In this document: piece after piece, positions 9,755 through 20,613 of the stretch
How the letters are laid out: each line of letters begins with the position of its first letter
How positions within the stretch are numbered: the stretch's first letter is position 1
Assembly (NCBI GenBank): GCA_963815195.1
Contig: CAWFGE010000008.1
Location: 597,290-661,289, forward strand
Source of the DNA: an uncultured Planctomycetaceae bacterium
Lineage (GTDB): Bacteria; Planctomycetota; Planctomycetia; Planctomycetales; Planctomycetaceae
Direction: 5' to 3'
DNA: 64,000 nt
Program-made: the position numbers and the translations under genes
The notes under the pieces: model-generated
What the model saw: only the letters and a program-made list of their open reading frames with translations
What the model was told of the DNA's origin: nothing
Database searches by the model: none

Positions 9755-11839
9755 TTAACTCATGCCGCCGGTTTCGCGGTGTTCGATGTCATTGTCCACG
9801 GGGCGGATTTCGAGCTGGTCGGTGCCGTGCTTGCTGTGGGTGCCGGGGCTGATCTGCGGGCTGGTCTTGTGTTCGTCGAGGATGCGTTTGAGATGATCCG
9901 CATCCATCGTTTCACATTCCAACAGCTCGCGGGCCATGTGCTCCAAAACCTCCCGGCGGGCTTTCAGGATCTCCACGGCGGTTTGGGAACTTTCTTCGAT
10001 GATCTTTTTGACCTCGAGATCGATTTCGCGGATGGTTTGCTCGCTGTGCACGACGTCGCCCGGACCCGCCTGGCTGCCGAGGAAGATGCTCCGCGAGGTT
10101 TCGCTGTAGTGCATGCGGCCGAGTTTTTCGCTCATGCCGAACTCGGTGACCATCCGCCGGGCGATGGTGGTCGCTCGTTGCAGATCGTTCTGGGCCCCGG
10201 TGGACGTTTCCTGAAAGACGATTTCCTCCGCCGCGATCCCGCCGAGCAAACAACAAATCTTGTTTTGCAGTTCGGTCTTGGTGGCGAGTTGGCGCTCGTC
10301 TTCGGGGAAGTGGAGCGTATAGCCCAAACCCATGCCGCGGGGAATGATCGAAATTTTGTGCACCGGGTCGGTGTGCGGCAGGCTGCACGCGACCAGCGCG
10401 TGCCCGCATTCGTGGTAGGACACGCGAAGCTTTTCGTCCTCGTGGATGACCCGGCCCTGTTTTTCGAGACCCGCCACCACGCGCTCGATGCCTTCTTCAA
10501 ACTCAATCATGGTGACTTTGTTTTTGTTGGCCCGCGCGGCGAGGAGGGCGGCTTCGTTGACGAGGTTCGCCAAGTCGGCCCCCACGAATCCCGGCGAGAT
10601 CCGCGCGATCCGCTGCAGATTCACCGAATCGTCCATTTTGACCTTGGCGGAGTGGACTTTCAGAATCTGCTCGCGGCCTTTGACGTCGGGACGGTCCACA
10701 ACAACGTGCCGATCGAACCGGCCCGGCCGCAAGAGCGCGGGGTCCAAGGTTTCCGGCCGGTTCGTGGCGCCCATCACGATCACGCTTTGATCGGAGGAAA
10801 ACCCGTCCATTTCAACAAGTAGGGCGTTTAAGGTTTGCTCGCGCTCGTCGTGGCCGCCGGGCATGCCGCTGCCGCGGGTCTTGCCGAGGGCGTCGAGTTC
10901 ATCGATGAAAATAATCGAAGGCGACCTCGCCCCCGCCTGCTGGAACATGTCCCGCACGCGCGCGGCTCCCACGCCCACGAACATTTCCACAAAATCCGAA
11001 CCCGACAGGCTGTAAAACGGCACGCCCGCTTCCCCGGCGACGGCTTTCGCCAAGAGCGTCTTCCCAGTCCCCGGAGGGCCGACCAACAGCACGCCCCGCG
11101 GAATCCGCCCGCCCAAGGCCTGGTATTTGCCCGGCGTGCGGAGAAACTCCACGACTTCGCGAAGCTCATCGACGGCTTCATCGATGCCCGCCACGTCGTC
11201 GAATGTGACTTCCAGATCTTCCTGGGCATACATCCGGCCCCGGCTGCGTCCGAAAGACATCGCGGAACCGGCCCCGCCCATCCGCCGGAACAAAATGATA
11301 AAGAACAGCACGAACATCATCGGAATGAACAACAGATAGGCGATCTGGTACCACTCCGATGGACCTTCCTTGACGTCGTAGTTAATGCCCTTGGCGAGGA
11401 GCTTGTCCGTGAGTTCCTTCTTCTTGGCGTCGCCGATTTCGAAGATGGGGACGTAATACCGCGTGATCGGCCGGGCGGTCTTGCCGCCGGTTTCGCCCTG
11501 GCGGGTTTTGGCCTCATCGGCCGCTTCGTCGGGGCGGTCCTGAAAGGTGATTTCCTTTGTCCCGATCTCCAGCTTATACACGTTGTTTTTGTTGAAGATC
11601 GGCGTCGCCTCGGGGGAGCTGGGTTCCAGGCCCGCTTCGAACTCGCCCAAAGTGAGTTTGGTGCCGCGCTTGTTGTTGCTCACCCAGACCATCGTCGCCG
11701 CGACGACCACGCCGCCGATGATGAGATACCACAAGATATTATTATTCGCCGGCGGCCGTTCCGACTTGCGGTCGCCCCGCTTGGGTTTCGAGGGACGGGT
11801 TTCGTTCGCGGGTTCGGGGGGCTGTTTTTCTGAAGACAT
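9755..11839 (-). CDS. ftsH: ATP-dependent zinc metalloprotease FtsH
   Basis: Two TM helices, Walker A GPPGTGKT, Walker [23 protein letters not shown] zinc motif. Confidence 0.97.
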   Translation of the reverse strand: MSSEKQPPEPANETRPSKPKRGDRKSERPPANNNILWYLIIGGVVVAATMVWVSNNKRGTKLTLGEFEAGLEPSSPEATPIFNKNNVYKLEIGTKEITFQDRPDEAADEAKTRQGETGGKTARPITRYYVPIFEIGDAKKKELTDKLLAKGINYDVKEGPSEWYQIAYLLFIPMMFVLFFIILFRRMGGAGSAMSFGRSRGRMYAQEDLEVTFDDVAGIDEAVDELREVVEFLRTPGKYQALGGRIPRGVLLVGPPGTGKTLLAKAVAGEAGVPFYSLSGSDFVEMFVGVGAARVRDMFQQAGARSPSIIFIDELDALGKTRGSGMPGGHDEREQTLNALLVEMDGFSSDQSVIVMGATNRPETLDPALLRPGRFDRHVVVDRPDVKGREQILKVHSAKVKMDDSVNLQRIARISPGFVGADLANLVNEAALLAARANKNKVTMIEFEEGIERVVAGLEKQGRVIHEDEKLRVSYHECGHALVACSLPHTDPVHKISIIPRGMGLGYTLHFPEDERQLATKTELQNKICCLLGGIAAEEIVFQETSTGAQNDLQRATTIARRMVTEFGMSEKLGRMHYSETSRSIFLGSQAGPGDVVHSEQTIREIDLEVKKIIEESSQTAVEILKARREVLEHMARELLECETMDADHLKRILDEHKTSPQISPGTHSKHGTDQLEIRPVDNDIEHRETGGMS

Positions 11840-12244
11840 GGCGCTTTGCGATTTATGGATAAGTGAATAAAGATATGTCTGGCGACACCGCTCACTTCGT
11901 GCGCGGCTCTTTGTCATTTTCATCGGCGATACCGCTGACTTCGTGCGCGGCACTTTTTTTCTTTCGCCTCCGGTGGCCTAGGTATTCTACGCCATCGACG
12001 TCCCAGGAATTGTACGCGATTCACCGGCGATTGACACCTACGAAATGGTCTTGCGGCAAGTCGAAGATCGGGATATTCTCCCGCCCTCTCACCCATTTCC
12101 AAATTTTCCTCAAGATTTCTCCTGAATCTGCCGACACACCTCGCCGCACTTTGCAGGCGGAATTTGCAGCGGTTTTTCGAGAAACTTGAGAATCCCGTCT
12201 CTCAACGAACCTGTCACTCATCGCCCCGTCACGGAGTTGGTGTC

Positions 12245-13264
12245 ATGTTGCACCGTCAGGGAAGTGCTTTCGCCCAAATTTCCCAGTTTGTTTTGCTCGC
12301 CAGTTTGTTTTTGGCAGGTTCCGGCTGTCAAATGATGAACGGACATGCTTCAAACACTTTGGGTTCCGGATATTACCGCGAAGGCAATTACACGGCGGCC
12401 CGGCAGGCCTTCCAGCAGGCCGTGGTCGAAATGCCGGAGAATCCCGACTTCCGCTACAACCTTGCGGCGACGGTCCAGAAGCAAGGCGACCTCGGCGGAG
12501 CCGAGCAAATTTTTCGGCAGACGCTGTCTATCGATCCCTCCCATCAGCCCAGCTATCACGCCTTGGCCAAGTTATTGAACGCCCAGGGCCGGCAAGCCGA
12601 GGCTTTGGGCATGCTCAATTCCTGGGTGGCGACGCAACCGTATTCGACCGCTCCGCACGTGGAAATGGCCTGGCTGCAGCGGACCCAAGGCAACCCGACC
12701 GCAGCCGCCCAATCGCTGGAGACGGCCCTCAAAATGAATCCCCAAGATCCCGCCGCCCTTGCCCAAATGGGGCAGATTTACCAAGAACAGGGCCAAGTGG
12801 ACCTGGCGGCGGCGTATTACCAGCGGTCGTTGGAAGGAAACTGGCGACAGCCGGAAGTTCAACAGAAATTCGCCGCCCTTCAACCGCAGGGGACATTGCC
12901 AAACCGCGGGCAAATTGCCTTCGGAATGCCGCAGTCCATGGCCCTCGCAGGACAACCCGTCCCGCAAACCGCCTGGCAAGCCCCGCTGTCCCCAACCGCC
13001 ACCGCCGGTTTGCCTCCGCAAGTTCAAACCGCGTTCCTGCCTCCGGGCGTCGCGAGTTCGCCCATGATGCCGAACCCGGCCATGCCCATGATGCCCACCC
13101 CAGCTATGCCCGGCCCCACGGTGATGGCTCAACAACAACCCACGCCTGTGGACGCCGTTCCTGCGGCTCAACCCACGCCGACCTTCGCCGCCGCTCCGCC
13201 CAATGCCGACCCGGCCCACGTGCCGCAAGTCGCGGGCGAACTGCCGGTCGTCCGGCCGTATTAA
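12245..13264 (+). CDS. TPR-repeat protein, probable lipoprotein, Pro/Ala-rich tail
   Basis: Signal peptide ending LAGSGC, several TPR motifs, low-complexity C-terminus. Confidence 0.85.
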   Translation: MLHRQGSAFAQISQFVLLASLFLAGSGCQMMNGHASNTLGSGYYREGNYTAARQAFQQAVVEMPENPDFRYNLAATVQKQGDLGGAEQIFRQTLSIDPSHQPSYHALAKLLNAQGRQAEALGMLNSWVATQPYSTAPHVEMAWLQRTQGNPTAAAQSLETALKMNPQDPAALAQMGQIYQEQGQVDLAAAYYQRSLEGNWRQPEVQQKFAALQPQGTLPNRGQIAFGMPQSMALAGQPVPQTAWQAPLSPTATAGLPPQVQTAFLPPGVASSPMMPNPAMPMMPTPAMPGPTVMAQQQPTPVDAVPAAQPTPTFAAAPPNADPAHVPQVAGELPVVRPY

Positions 13265-13327
13265 GGTTTCCCCGAAGAGCCGCGCAGTCCGACATGGCGG
13301 ATGGAGTCCTGGTTCTACGCGGTCGGA

Positions 13328-13948
13328 TTAAGTCGAATGGGTCTCGCCTTCGAGATGACTTCCGACAGGCTTGGCTCGGTAGGCGATCTTCGCTCCCTGG
13401 ATTTCGTAGGCCTGCTCGATCAATTCGGGGACAGAGTGAAACAGGTCGTTTGGCGACAAGCCGGCCAGCTTCAACAGCCGCATCTCCGTCTGGGAATGTT
13501 CTTCAGTCTCCTGATGATCCAGAATGTGCTCGATTCGCTCATCGGACTTGAGATGCCGGCAGACGAGGATTCCCCGGTGGCAGGTGAGCGGATCGCGTTC
13601 CGCGCACATCATCGCAATGCGGTGGGATTCGAGCCCCTTCCGAATGCGATCGAGTCCCGCCTGAAATCGCGGCGCTTTGGCGATCAAGTCATAGCTCGCG
13701 ACCGCCCCGTCGTAACATTCTCGCTCCGTTCTGCGCGCCCCGAGTTCCTCGCCGAGATAGACGTAGTCGATACTCGCTTCTCTTAATGCCGCTTTGAGAA
13801 TCTCTTTATTGAATTGCGGATTGCGGCCGCTATACGGCGTGGACCGCACGTCCGCCACGGCGGTGATGTCATATTCCTTCAAGAGCGAGATAAAATCTTC
13901 GCCGGTTCTATTGGAATGCCCGATTGTGAACAGCCGATTTCCAACCAT
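13328..13948 (-). CDS. DUF488 family protein
   Basis: LFTIGHSNR, VADVRSTPYS, ELGAR, MMCAERDPLTCHR. Confidence 0.9.
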   Translation of the reverse strand: MVGNRLFTIGHSNRTGEDFISLLKEYDITAVADVRSTPYSGRNPQFNKEILKAALREASIDYVYLGEELGARRTERECYDGAVASYDLIAKAPRFQAGLDRIRKGLESHRIAMMCAERDPLTCHRGILVCRHLKSDERIEHILDHQETEEHSQTEMRLLKLAGLSPNDLFHSVPELIEQAYEIQGAKIAYRAKPVGSHLEGETHST

Positions 13949-14391
13949 CGTGGTGCCTAGGATGTGACATCCCTAAAAAACAAGGGCCGGGATTCAGTCG
14001 CTCAGGTACGGGGAATTCCAGCGTCTCCAAGCTTCTGGATTTACATAAAATTCGGTTGTTGTGCCGATTTCCGGAGAATTCCTCATGTGCCCGCCGGTAC
14101 CCGAAATAATGCCGCTGCGATTTCCTCTGGCGCTCCTTTTGCGAGACGGCGGATGGGTCCTGGATTTGTAAGATTGGGTTCAGCGGAAGCTCCGGTACTC
14201 AGTTTCTTTGGATTTCTGGCCGTTCTCGAAGTAATCTGTCCAAACGCCGCGACAGTTCGAAGGTGAAGTGTTGTGTTTTTGGGAGAACGGCCAGATTGCT
14301 CAACGTGGTTTCTCCCAAGCCGGGCGACTGCCGATGATTCCTTTGTTTCGGTTTCACCTATTCGTCGAGTCGGAGCCTGTGGTATCGCGTC

Positions 14392-15822
14392 CTACTCCCG
14401 TCCCAGGACCGCGTTGATGGCTTCTCTGAGCGAGCGGATTTTGATGGGTTGGACGAGGATTCGCGAGTTGGGACTGGGTTTGAACACCGATTCGAGATCT
14501 TTTTGGGATTCGGAGAGCACCGCGATCACGCCGGGCTTGCCGGACGGGCGGGAGCGGGCTTTTTCGTAGGCGCTCGCGATGTCTTTGCCGATGGAATCGC
14601 CGAACAGAATCAGGCAATCGGGCGGCGAGGTGGCGAGGCGGTTGAGGCCGCGCTGCACGTCGCTGAGCATCAAGACGCGGAAGCCGTGCTTGGTCAGATA
14701 GGTCCTTAAGACGTCCTGGTGCTTCGTCCGGCCTTCGATGCACATCACGGTGATCGCCGAGTTGTCGGCCGCGGCCGAGGCGTTGTTGGAGCCGGCGATG
14801 GCGGGTTGGCCGTCGTCGGGCGGGGTCTCGCCGAGATCGATCAAAACCGCGCGAAGATCCGCGGCGACGTCCTGGGGCGTCTGGTACCGCTGGTTCGGTT
14901 CGAGCATTAGAAGCCGCTCCACGATGTCTTCGATGTTCCGCGGGATGTTGGGCTCGAGTCGGCGGATGGGGCGGATGTTCGCGTACCGCGAAAGCCGGGA
15001 CCGCTCCTCCCGGCTGCGCGTGGACGGATAAGGCGGCGTGCCGGTGAGCAGTTCGTAATAAATCACTCCCAGGAAAAACAAGTCGCTGCGGGGATCGTTG
15101 GGCGGCGCGGAGGCGGCGTCTTCGATCGTCGCATATTCCAAAGCCCGCACGCCGCCGCCCTGTTCATCGCCCGCGAGGCCGAAATCGACCAGCTTGGCGA
15201 CGCCGGTCGCGCTCATCAGCACGTTGGTCGTTTTGAGGTCGCGATGCGTCACGCCTTGGCCGAGGGCATACGCGAGTCCTTGGGCTAATTCATACACGCA
15301 GCGGGTGGCTTCGACGAGCGACAGCTTCTTGCGGATGTTCAGAAAGTCCTTGAGGTTCCCCCCCTCGACGAACTCCATCGTAAAAAAATGGTATTCGCCG
15401 TCGCTGCCCACATCGTAAATCGGGACGATGTTCGGATGCCGGAGTTTTTGGCAGAGCTCGGCTTCGCGGTGGAACTGCTGGACGCTTTTGGGGTCGCTCG
15501 CCCAGCGCTGGCGGAGGACTTTGAGGCCCACCATCGTCCCGTCGGCGAGCGAGCAGGCCCGGAACACGCGGGCGAAGCTGCCGGAGGCGTTGCGGTACAT
15601 CAGCTTATAATCGCCGAGCACCAGGCCGTCCACGGAGCCTTTCTTGAGCTTGGAGGTCTGGTAGGCCGTGAGGTGCAGATGGTGCTCCATCACGCGGAGC
15701 AAGGCGTCCGGGGACTGTTCGAGCGCGCCCAGTTCGGCCCGGCATTCTTCGACTTGCTCGGGCGTGGCGAGGCGGGCGCGGACCAAAACCTTCCCCAATT
15801 GATCGATGGTTGCAAACGACAT
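14392..15822 (-). CDS. Ser/Thr protein kinase with C-terminal receiver-like domain
   Basis: VGLKVL, HPNIV, HRDLKTTN, DFG, SDLFFLG; C-terminal flavodoxin/REC-like segment. Confidence 0.88.
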   Translation of the reverse strand: MSFATIDQLGKVLVRARLATPEQVEECRAELGALEQSPDALLRVMEHHLHLTAYQTSKLKKGSVDGLVLGDYKLMYRNASGSFARVFRACSLADGTMVGLKVLRQRWASDPKSVQQFHREAELCQKLRHPNIVPIYDVGSDGEYHFFTMEFVEGGNLKDFLNIRKKLSLVEATRCVYELAQGLAYALGQGVTHRDLKTTNVLMSATGVAKLVDFGLAGDEQGGGVRALEYATIEDAASAPPNDPRSDLFFLGVIYYELLTGTPPYPSTRSREERSRLSRYANIRPIRRLEPNIPRNIEDIVERLLMLEPNQRYQTPQDVAADLRAVLIDLGETPPDDGQPAIAGSNNASAAADNSAITVMCIEGRTKHQDVLRTYLTKHGFRVLMLSDVQRGLNRLATSPPDCLILFGDSIGKDIASAYEKARSRPSGKPGVIAVLSESQKDLESVFKPSPNSRILVQPIKIRSLREAINAVLGRE

Positions 15823-15901
15823 CGGGTATCCAAATGCCAAAAACTCAAGCAGCGGCCGGCGATTGCGGCCTCTGCGTGGAGGAAAACGTCAAACCAGGCA
15901 G

Positions 15902-16076
15902 GAAATCCGAAGCACGAAATCCGAAATTCGAAACAAATTCAAAATCCCAAATCCAAAGGCTCCAAACCCCGCCGGGTCTCTGCCTTCTGAAAAAATGCGC
16001 GACTCATCAGTTTGGAATTTGAGAAATTTGGTCCTTCGAATTTGTTTCGGATTTCGAGATTCGGATTTCGGATTTC
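15902..16076. repeat. Heptamer-based (CGAAATC/GATTTCG) inverted-arm intergenic element, copy 1
   Basis: Left arm GAAATCCGAAGCACGAAATCCGAAATTCGAAACAAATTC, right arm GAATTTGTTTCGGATTTCGAGATTCGGATTTCGGATTTC. Confidence 0.85.
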
Positions 16077-16268
16077 GCGGTATGGGATCGCGCAACACGG
16101 TGCCGGCGATCACGGATGGCCCAAAGAAATGATCCTACCAGACATTTTTTCACGATCAAGACTCGCCGGCCTTCACCGGTCCTCCCCGCGGACCCCGCGA
16201 AGAAAAACCGGCCCGCGGACGGGCATCCACGGACCGGCTGGAATGACGAATCACCACATCCCCTGCCT

Positions 16269-16934
16269 TTAGTCCGGCAGGCGTTTGGCGCGGATGTTCC
16301 GGTAATAGACGACGCTCTTCGGGTCGTGGGCTTGGAGGGCGAAGCTGCCTTGGCTCACTTTGCGGCCGCCTTTGACGTCTTCGGGTTCGGTGTAGTTGAC
16401 GACGACTTCATCGTTGACCTTGATGATGATGTGCCGGCCTTTGACGATAACCGTCTGCGTCCACCATTCGTTGTCCTTGGCGGGGGTCTTGAAGCGTTTG
16501 ACGACGTTGTACAAGCTGCCGGTCTTGACCGGGTCTTTGTGGGTCACGTTGACCTGGGCTTCGTGGCCTTGTTCGGGCCAGCCGGTTTCCTGGAACTTCG
16601 TGTGGAAGTAAATCCCCGAGTTGCTGCCCGGCGTGGTTTTGACCTCGGCTTTGAAGACGAAGTTCTTGAATTCCTGGTCCGTAAACAGATGCGAGCGCGG
16701 GCCGTTGGCGACGATCTCGCCGTCTTCGACCTTCCACTTGCCGTCCTCGCTGATCCGCCAGCCGGCGAGGTCCTTGCCGTTGAACAGCTTGATCCAGCCG
16801 TCTTTCGACTCCTCGGCTTTTTTGATGTCCCGGTCGTACTCCTGAGAGACCGCGTCTTTCTCGTCTTCCGCCAACAGCGACAACGGCGCAACAGCCAACA
16901 CGCCGGCCAACAATACCCAATGCGAGCGTTTCAT
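16269..16934 (-). CDS. DUF1080 (3-keto-disaccharide hydrolase-like) secreted protein
   Basis: Signal peptide, WIKLFNGKDLAGW, NSGIYF, TGSLY, LQAHD, YRNI. Confidence 0.92.
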   Translation of the reverse strand: MKRSHWVLLAGVLAVAPLSLLAEDEKDAVSQEYDRDIKKAEESKDGWIKLFNGKDLAGWRISEDGKWKVEDGEIVANGPRSHLFTDQEFKNFVFKAEVKTTPGSNSGIYFHTKFQETGWPEQGHEAQVNVTHKDPVKTGSLYNVVKRFKTPAKDNEWWTQTVIVKGRHIIIKVNDEVVVNYTEPEDVKGGRKVSQGSFALQAHDPKSVVYYRNIRAKRLPD

Positions 16935-17081
16935 AGGCGTCAATCTCCTCAAAAAAAGGCGGGGTCATTCCAATAGAACGTGTGAGAAACAGAACCAGCA
17001 TACAGAATCCCCAGCACGGTTGCGAACCAAAACGGACCCGCATTAAATCGGCGTGCGCGATATTTCGCGATCCCGCACCGG

Positions 17082-17251
17082 AACATCCGAAATCCGAATC
17101 TCGAAATCCGAAACAAATTCAAAATCCCAAATCCGAATGTCCCAAACAAATCCCCCCCTCTATAAAACACAGTCGATGCCCAGGGTTTGGATATTGAGAT
17201 TTCGGTCATTGGAGTTTGTTTCGGATTTCGGATTTCGTGCTTCGGATTTTC
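17082..17251. repeat. Heptamer-based inverted-arm intergenic element, copy 2 (opposite orientation)
   Basis: Arms are reverse complements of the copy-1 arms. Confidence 0.85.
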
Positions 17252-17268
17252 AGCAGAAAAACGCTCAT

Positions 17269-17592
17269 TTAAGAGGAAAAAATCTTCAGCCCGATGATTC
17301 CCGTGATAATCAAGCCCACGCACAAGAATCGGGCCAGTTGCGCGGGTTCCTTGAGAACGAGAATGCCCAAGACGAAGGTGCCTGCGGCTCCGATGCCGGT
17401 CCACACGGCGTAAGCGGTTCCCACGGGAATCGTGCGCTGGGCGAGCAGCAGAAAACTCCCGCTCGCGACCATCGAAAAGATCGCCCCGGCGAGCGGCCAG
17501 AACTGCACGCCCTCTTTGGTCCACGCGAACTTGAGGCCGATGGGCCAGCCCCATTCGAAACAGCCCGCGATAATCAAGAAAATCCACGCCAT
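17269..17592 (-). CDS. SMR/DMT family small multidrug exporter (SugE/Gdx-like)
   Basis: MAWIFLIIAGCFE (membrane Glu), PVGTAYAVWTGIG, GIIGLK; RBS GAGGAG. Confidence 0.9.
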   Translation of the reverse strand: MAWIFLIIAGCFEWGWPIGLKFAWTKEGVQFWPLAGAIFSMVASGSFLLLAQRTIPVGTAYAVWTGIGAAGTFVLGILVLKEPAQLARFLCVGLIITGIIGLKIFSS

Positions 17593-17802
17593 CCGCGATT
17601 GCTCCTCTAAATCAGCGCGTGGTTTCCGGTCTTCGGAAACCTTGCGCGCGCATTCTATCGCGATCGTTCTTCGGGAACAGGCCCAGGCTCCCATGCGGGA
17701 AAGTTTCCAAAGGGCGGGTTGGCATGATCTCCCGCCCGCCCGCTATAATGCCCGCCGATTGGAAGTCTCCTCATGTCCCCTGGCCGTTCAACAGCAGTCC
17801 CC

Positions 17803-19089
17803 ATGAAGCAACAACTCGCGGAACTCGAGCGAATCCATTTCCTGCGGGCGTTTCCTTGGATGCATTTGTTTCGGGCGTTCCGCATCGCGCTCGACATTCG
17901 CAAGATGCTTCTGGGAGCGGCCGCGTTGTTGGTCTTGTTCGGCGGGTTTTACGGGGTGTCCTATTTCCCGCTGGACCTTTCGGAATCGGAGATCGCCGAA
18001 CTCCGAAAACCGCCTTGGGAACTGGAGACGCTCAGCACGCCGCGGCCCGATTCCCTCGGCGACTTCGATTGGGGGCGGATGGGGCGGATGCTGTCGAAGC
18101 CGGTTATGGCGATCGTGGACCCCGTCGTCGAGCTTTTCCAACGGAAGCAGACTTGGAGCGGGGCGGCGATTCGCTGGACCCGGATTCTGTGGCTGTTGGG
18201 CGTCTGGTCGTTTTTCGGAACGGCCATCAGCCGGATGTCCGCCGTGCAGTTCGCGCTCGATGAGCGGGTCAGTCTGAAACAAGCCGGAGCGTTCGCCGGC
18301 TCGAAATGGCTATGGGTCTTCTCGGCCCCGTTGATGCCGATGGCCGGCGTGCTGCTGTTGTGGTTTCTCTGCGTGGTCGGCGGATGGATCGGACGGATTC
18401 CCGGCGCGGGGCCGGTGATCGTGGGCGTATTGTGGATCGTTCCGCTCCTGTTGGCGCTGGCGATGGTGCTGTTGTTGATCGGGCTTGTGTTCGGATGGCC
18501 GTTGATGATCGGCACGATCAGCGCACAAGGCAGCGACGCGTTCGACGGCTTCAGCCGTTCGTTCGATTACGTTTACAGCCGGTTTTGGCATCTCGTCTGG
18601 TTTGTAATCGTGGCGGCGGCCTATGGGATGGCGACGCTGTTAATCGTCTGGGGCGTCGCGATGTGGCTGGCGGACCTGGCGGCTGCCTCGGTGTGGGCGG
18701 GCATGGGCGCGGGGTTTCAAAACCTCTCCGGCGAGGTGCCGAACTTGTTTGGTCCCCTGGGACAAATGGAAAAGACGCCGTCCCACCTGGCCGGCCGCTG
18801 CGTTTCGGCGTGGTTGTCCGCCTTGGCTCTGCTGGTCGCCGGGTATGGGGTGAGCTATTTCTGGTCGGCGTCCACGATCATCTATTTCCTGCTTCGGCAA
18901 AGCGAAGACGCCAACCATTTGAGCGAAGTCTATCTCCCCAACAGGGAGCAATCGGACGACCTGGTCCAACTCGCGGGCGTGGCGGCGTCCGATCAACCCA
19001 TCGTCGAACGCCCCGCCAAACACGAATCGAAAAGCTCGGAACCGTCCCCCGACCAGACCGGAGAGAAACCCCGAAACGATCAAACCTGA
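17803..19089 (+). CDS. Hypothetical polytopic membrane protein
   Basis: Long ORF with multiple TM segments; host-like codon usage. Confidence 0.8.
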   Translation: MKQQLAELERIHFLRAFPWMHLFRAFRIALDIRKMLLGAAALLVLFGGFYGVSYFPLDLSESEIAELRKPPWELETLSTPRPDSLGDFDWGRMGRMLSKPVMAIVDPVVELFQRKQTWSGAAIRWTRILWLLGVWSFFGTAISRMSAVQFALDERVSLKQAGAFAGSKWLWVFSAPLMPMAGVLLLWFLCVVGGWIGRIPGAGPVIVGVLWIVPLLLALAMVLLLIGLVFGWPLMIGTISAQGSDAFDGFSRSFDYVYSRFWHLVWFVIVAAAYGMATLLIVWGVAMWLADLAAASVWAGMGAGFQNLSGEVPNLFGPLGQMEKTPSHLAGRCVSAWLSALALLVAGYGVSYFWSASTIIYFLLRQSEDANHLSEVYLPNREQSDDLVQLAGVAASDQPIVERPAKHESKSSEPSPDQTGEKPRNDQT

Positions 19090-19176
19090 ACCAATTTGCG
19101 AGCATCTTATGGAGCGCGAAAAGCCGCCTTCCGTTTTTTGTGGTGACCACATCCGAGACCGCAGGAGCCGTGGCAA

Positions 19177-20610
19177 ATGTCCTTTCCGAGAATCTCCAGC
19201 TTGAAGACGCTGGAGCCGTTTCGCGACCGGCTGGAAGAATTGGGCATCGATCTGCCCGTCGCGGAACGCGTGGAACCGGGGCCGGATTCGCCGCTCGGCC
19301 GGCCGCTTCCAAGCCGCTTTCGCGTCGGCAACCGGTTTTGCATTCTGCCGATGGAAGGCTGGGACGGTGAAACCGACGGCCGGCCTTCCGACCTGACGCA
19401 GAGGCGCTGGGAGAACTTCGGGCGGAGCGGAGCGAAGTGGATCTGGGGCGGCGAAGCGGTGGCCGTCCGCCACGACGGGCGGGCCAACCCCAACCAGCTT
19501 CTCATCAACGATCACACGCTCTCGTCCATCGAAGCCCTGCGGGAAATCCTGGAACAGACCCACCACCGGGAATTCGGGACAACCGCCGACCTCTTGGTGG
19601 GATTGCAACTCACGCATTCGGGCCGGTTCGCCCGGCCCAATGAAAAGACCCGCCTCGAGCCGAGGATCGCCTATCGGCATCCCGTGCTCGATCCCCGCGC
19701 GGGCATCACCAGCGATGCACTGATCCTTTCCGATGCGGAACTCGCCCGCCTCACCGAGGACTTTATTCAGGCCGCGGTGCGCGCGCACAAGGCGGGCTTC
19801 CGCTTCGTGGACATCAAGCACTGCCACGGCTATCTCGGGCACGAACTGCTCTCCGGCTTCGACCGCCCGGGCAACTATGGCGGGAGTTTTGAAAACCGGA
19901 CCCGGCTGCTCCGGGATGTCGTCGCGGGCATCCGCGCGAATGCACCGGGACTCGAAATCGGCGTCCGCGTGAGCATCTTTGACTTCGTCCCGTTCCAGGC
20001 CGGTCCCGGCGGCGTCGGCGTTCCCGCGATGACGGGGGACTATCCGTTTGCCTTCGGCGGCGACGGGACGGGGCTGGGCATCGATCTTTCCGAACCGTCG
20101 CGGTTTATGGAACTCTTGAAACAAATCGGCATCGAACTCGTGTGCTCGACCGTGGGCAGCCCGTATTACAATCCGCACATTCAGCGGCCCGCGGCGTTTC
20201 CGCCGTCCGACGGCTACCTCCCGCCCGAAGACCCGCTCGTGGGCGTGGCCCGGCAGATTCACGCCACCGCCGAGATCAAACGCCGGCATCCCGATCTGTT
20301 TGTGGTGGGGTCGGGATACAGTTACCTCCAGGAGTGGCTGCCTCACGTCGGCCAGGCCGTGGTGCGCGACGGGCTCGCCGATGCCGTCGGTCTAGGGCGG
20401 ATGGTGCTGTCCTATCCGCAGCTTCCCGCCGACGTGCTCGCGGGCCGGCCGCTCGCGCGAAAGCTCATCTGCCGGACGTTCAGCGAATGCACGACCGCTC
20501 CGCGGAACGGCATGGTCTCCGGGTGCTATCCGCTCGATCCCTTCTACAAAGCCCGCCCGGAACGCGAGACGATTCAAGAGATTAAAGCCCGCGCCAAGCC
20601 CCAGCCGTAG
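19177..20610 (+). CDS. NADH:flavin oxidoreductase (Old Yellow Enzyme family)
   Basis: [42 protein letters not shown]. Confidence 0.9.
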   Translation: MSFPRISSLKTLEPFRDRLEELGIDLPVAERVEPGPDSPLGRPLPSRFRVGNRFCILPMEGWDGETDGRPSDLTQRRWENFGRSGAKWIWGGEAVAVRHDGRANPNQLLINDHTLSSIEALREILEQTHHREFGTTADLLVGLQLTHSGRFARPNEKTRLEPRIAYRHPVLDPRAGITSDALILSDAELARLTEDFIQAAVRAHKAGFRFVDIKHCHGYLGHELLSGFDRPGNYGGSFENRTRLLRDVVAGIRANAPGLEIGVRVSIFDFVPFQAGPGGVGVPAMTGDYPFAFGGDGTGLGIDLSEPSRFMELLKQIGIELVCSTVGSPYYNPHIQRPAAFPPSDGYLPPEDPLVGVARQIHATAEIKRRHPDLFVVGSGYSYLQEWLPHVGQAVVRDGLADAVGLGRMVLSYPQLPADVLAGRPLARKLICRTFSECTTAPRNGMVSGCYPLDPFYKARPERETIQEIKARAKPQP

Positions 20611-20613
20611 GGA

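Noticed and set aside
13950..14390. Track ORFs 13964-14266 and 14273-14569 as genes
   Set aside because: No motifs, poor protein-like composition, and partial overlap with the kinase gene
17593..17660. Guanidine riboswitch upstream of the SugE/Gdx-like gene
   Set aside because: A hairpin (GGTTTCCG/CGGAAACC) is present, but I see no paired ACGR loops or other guanidine-class consensus. An Rfam scan would settle it.
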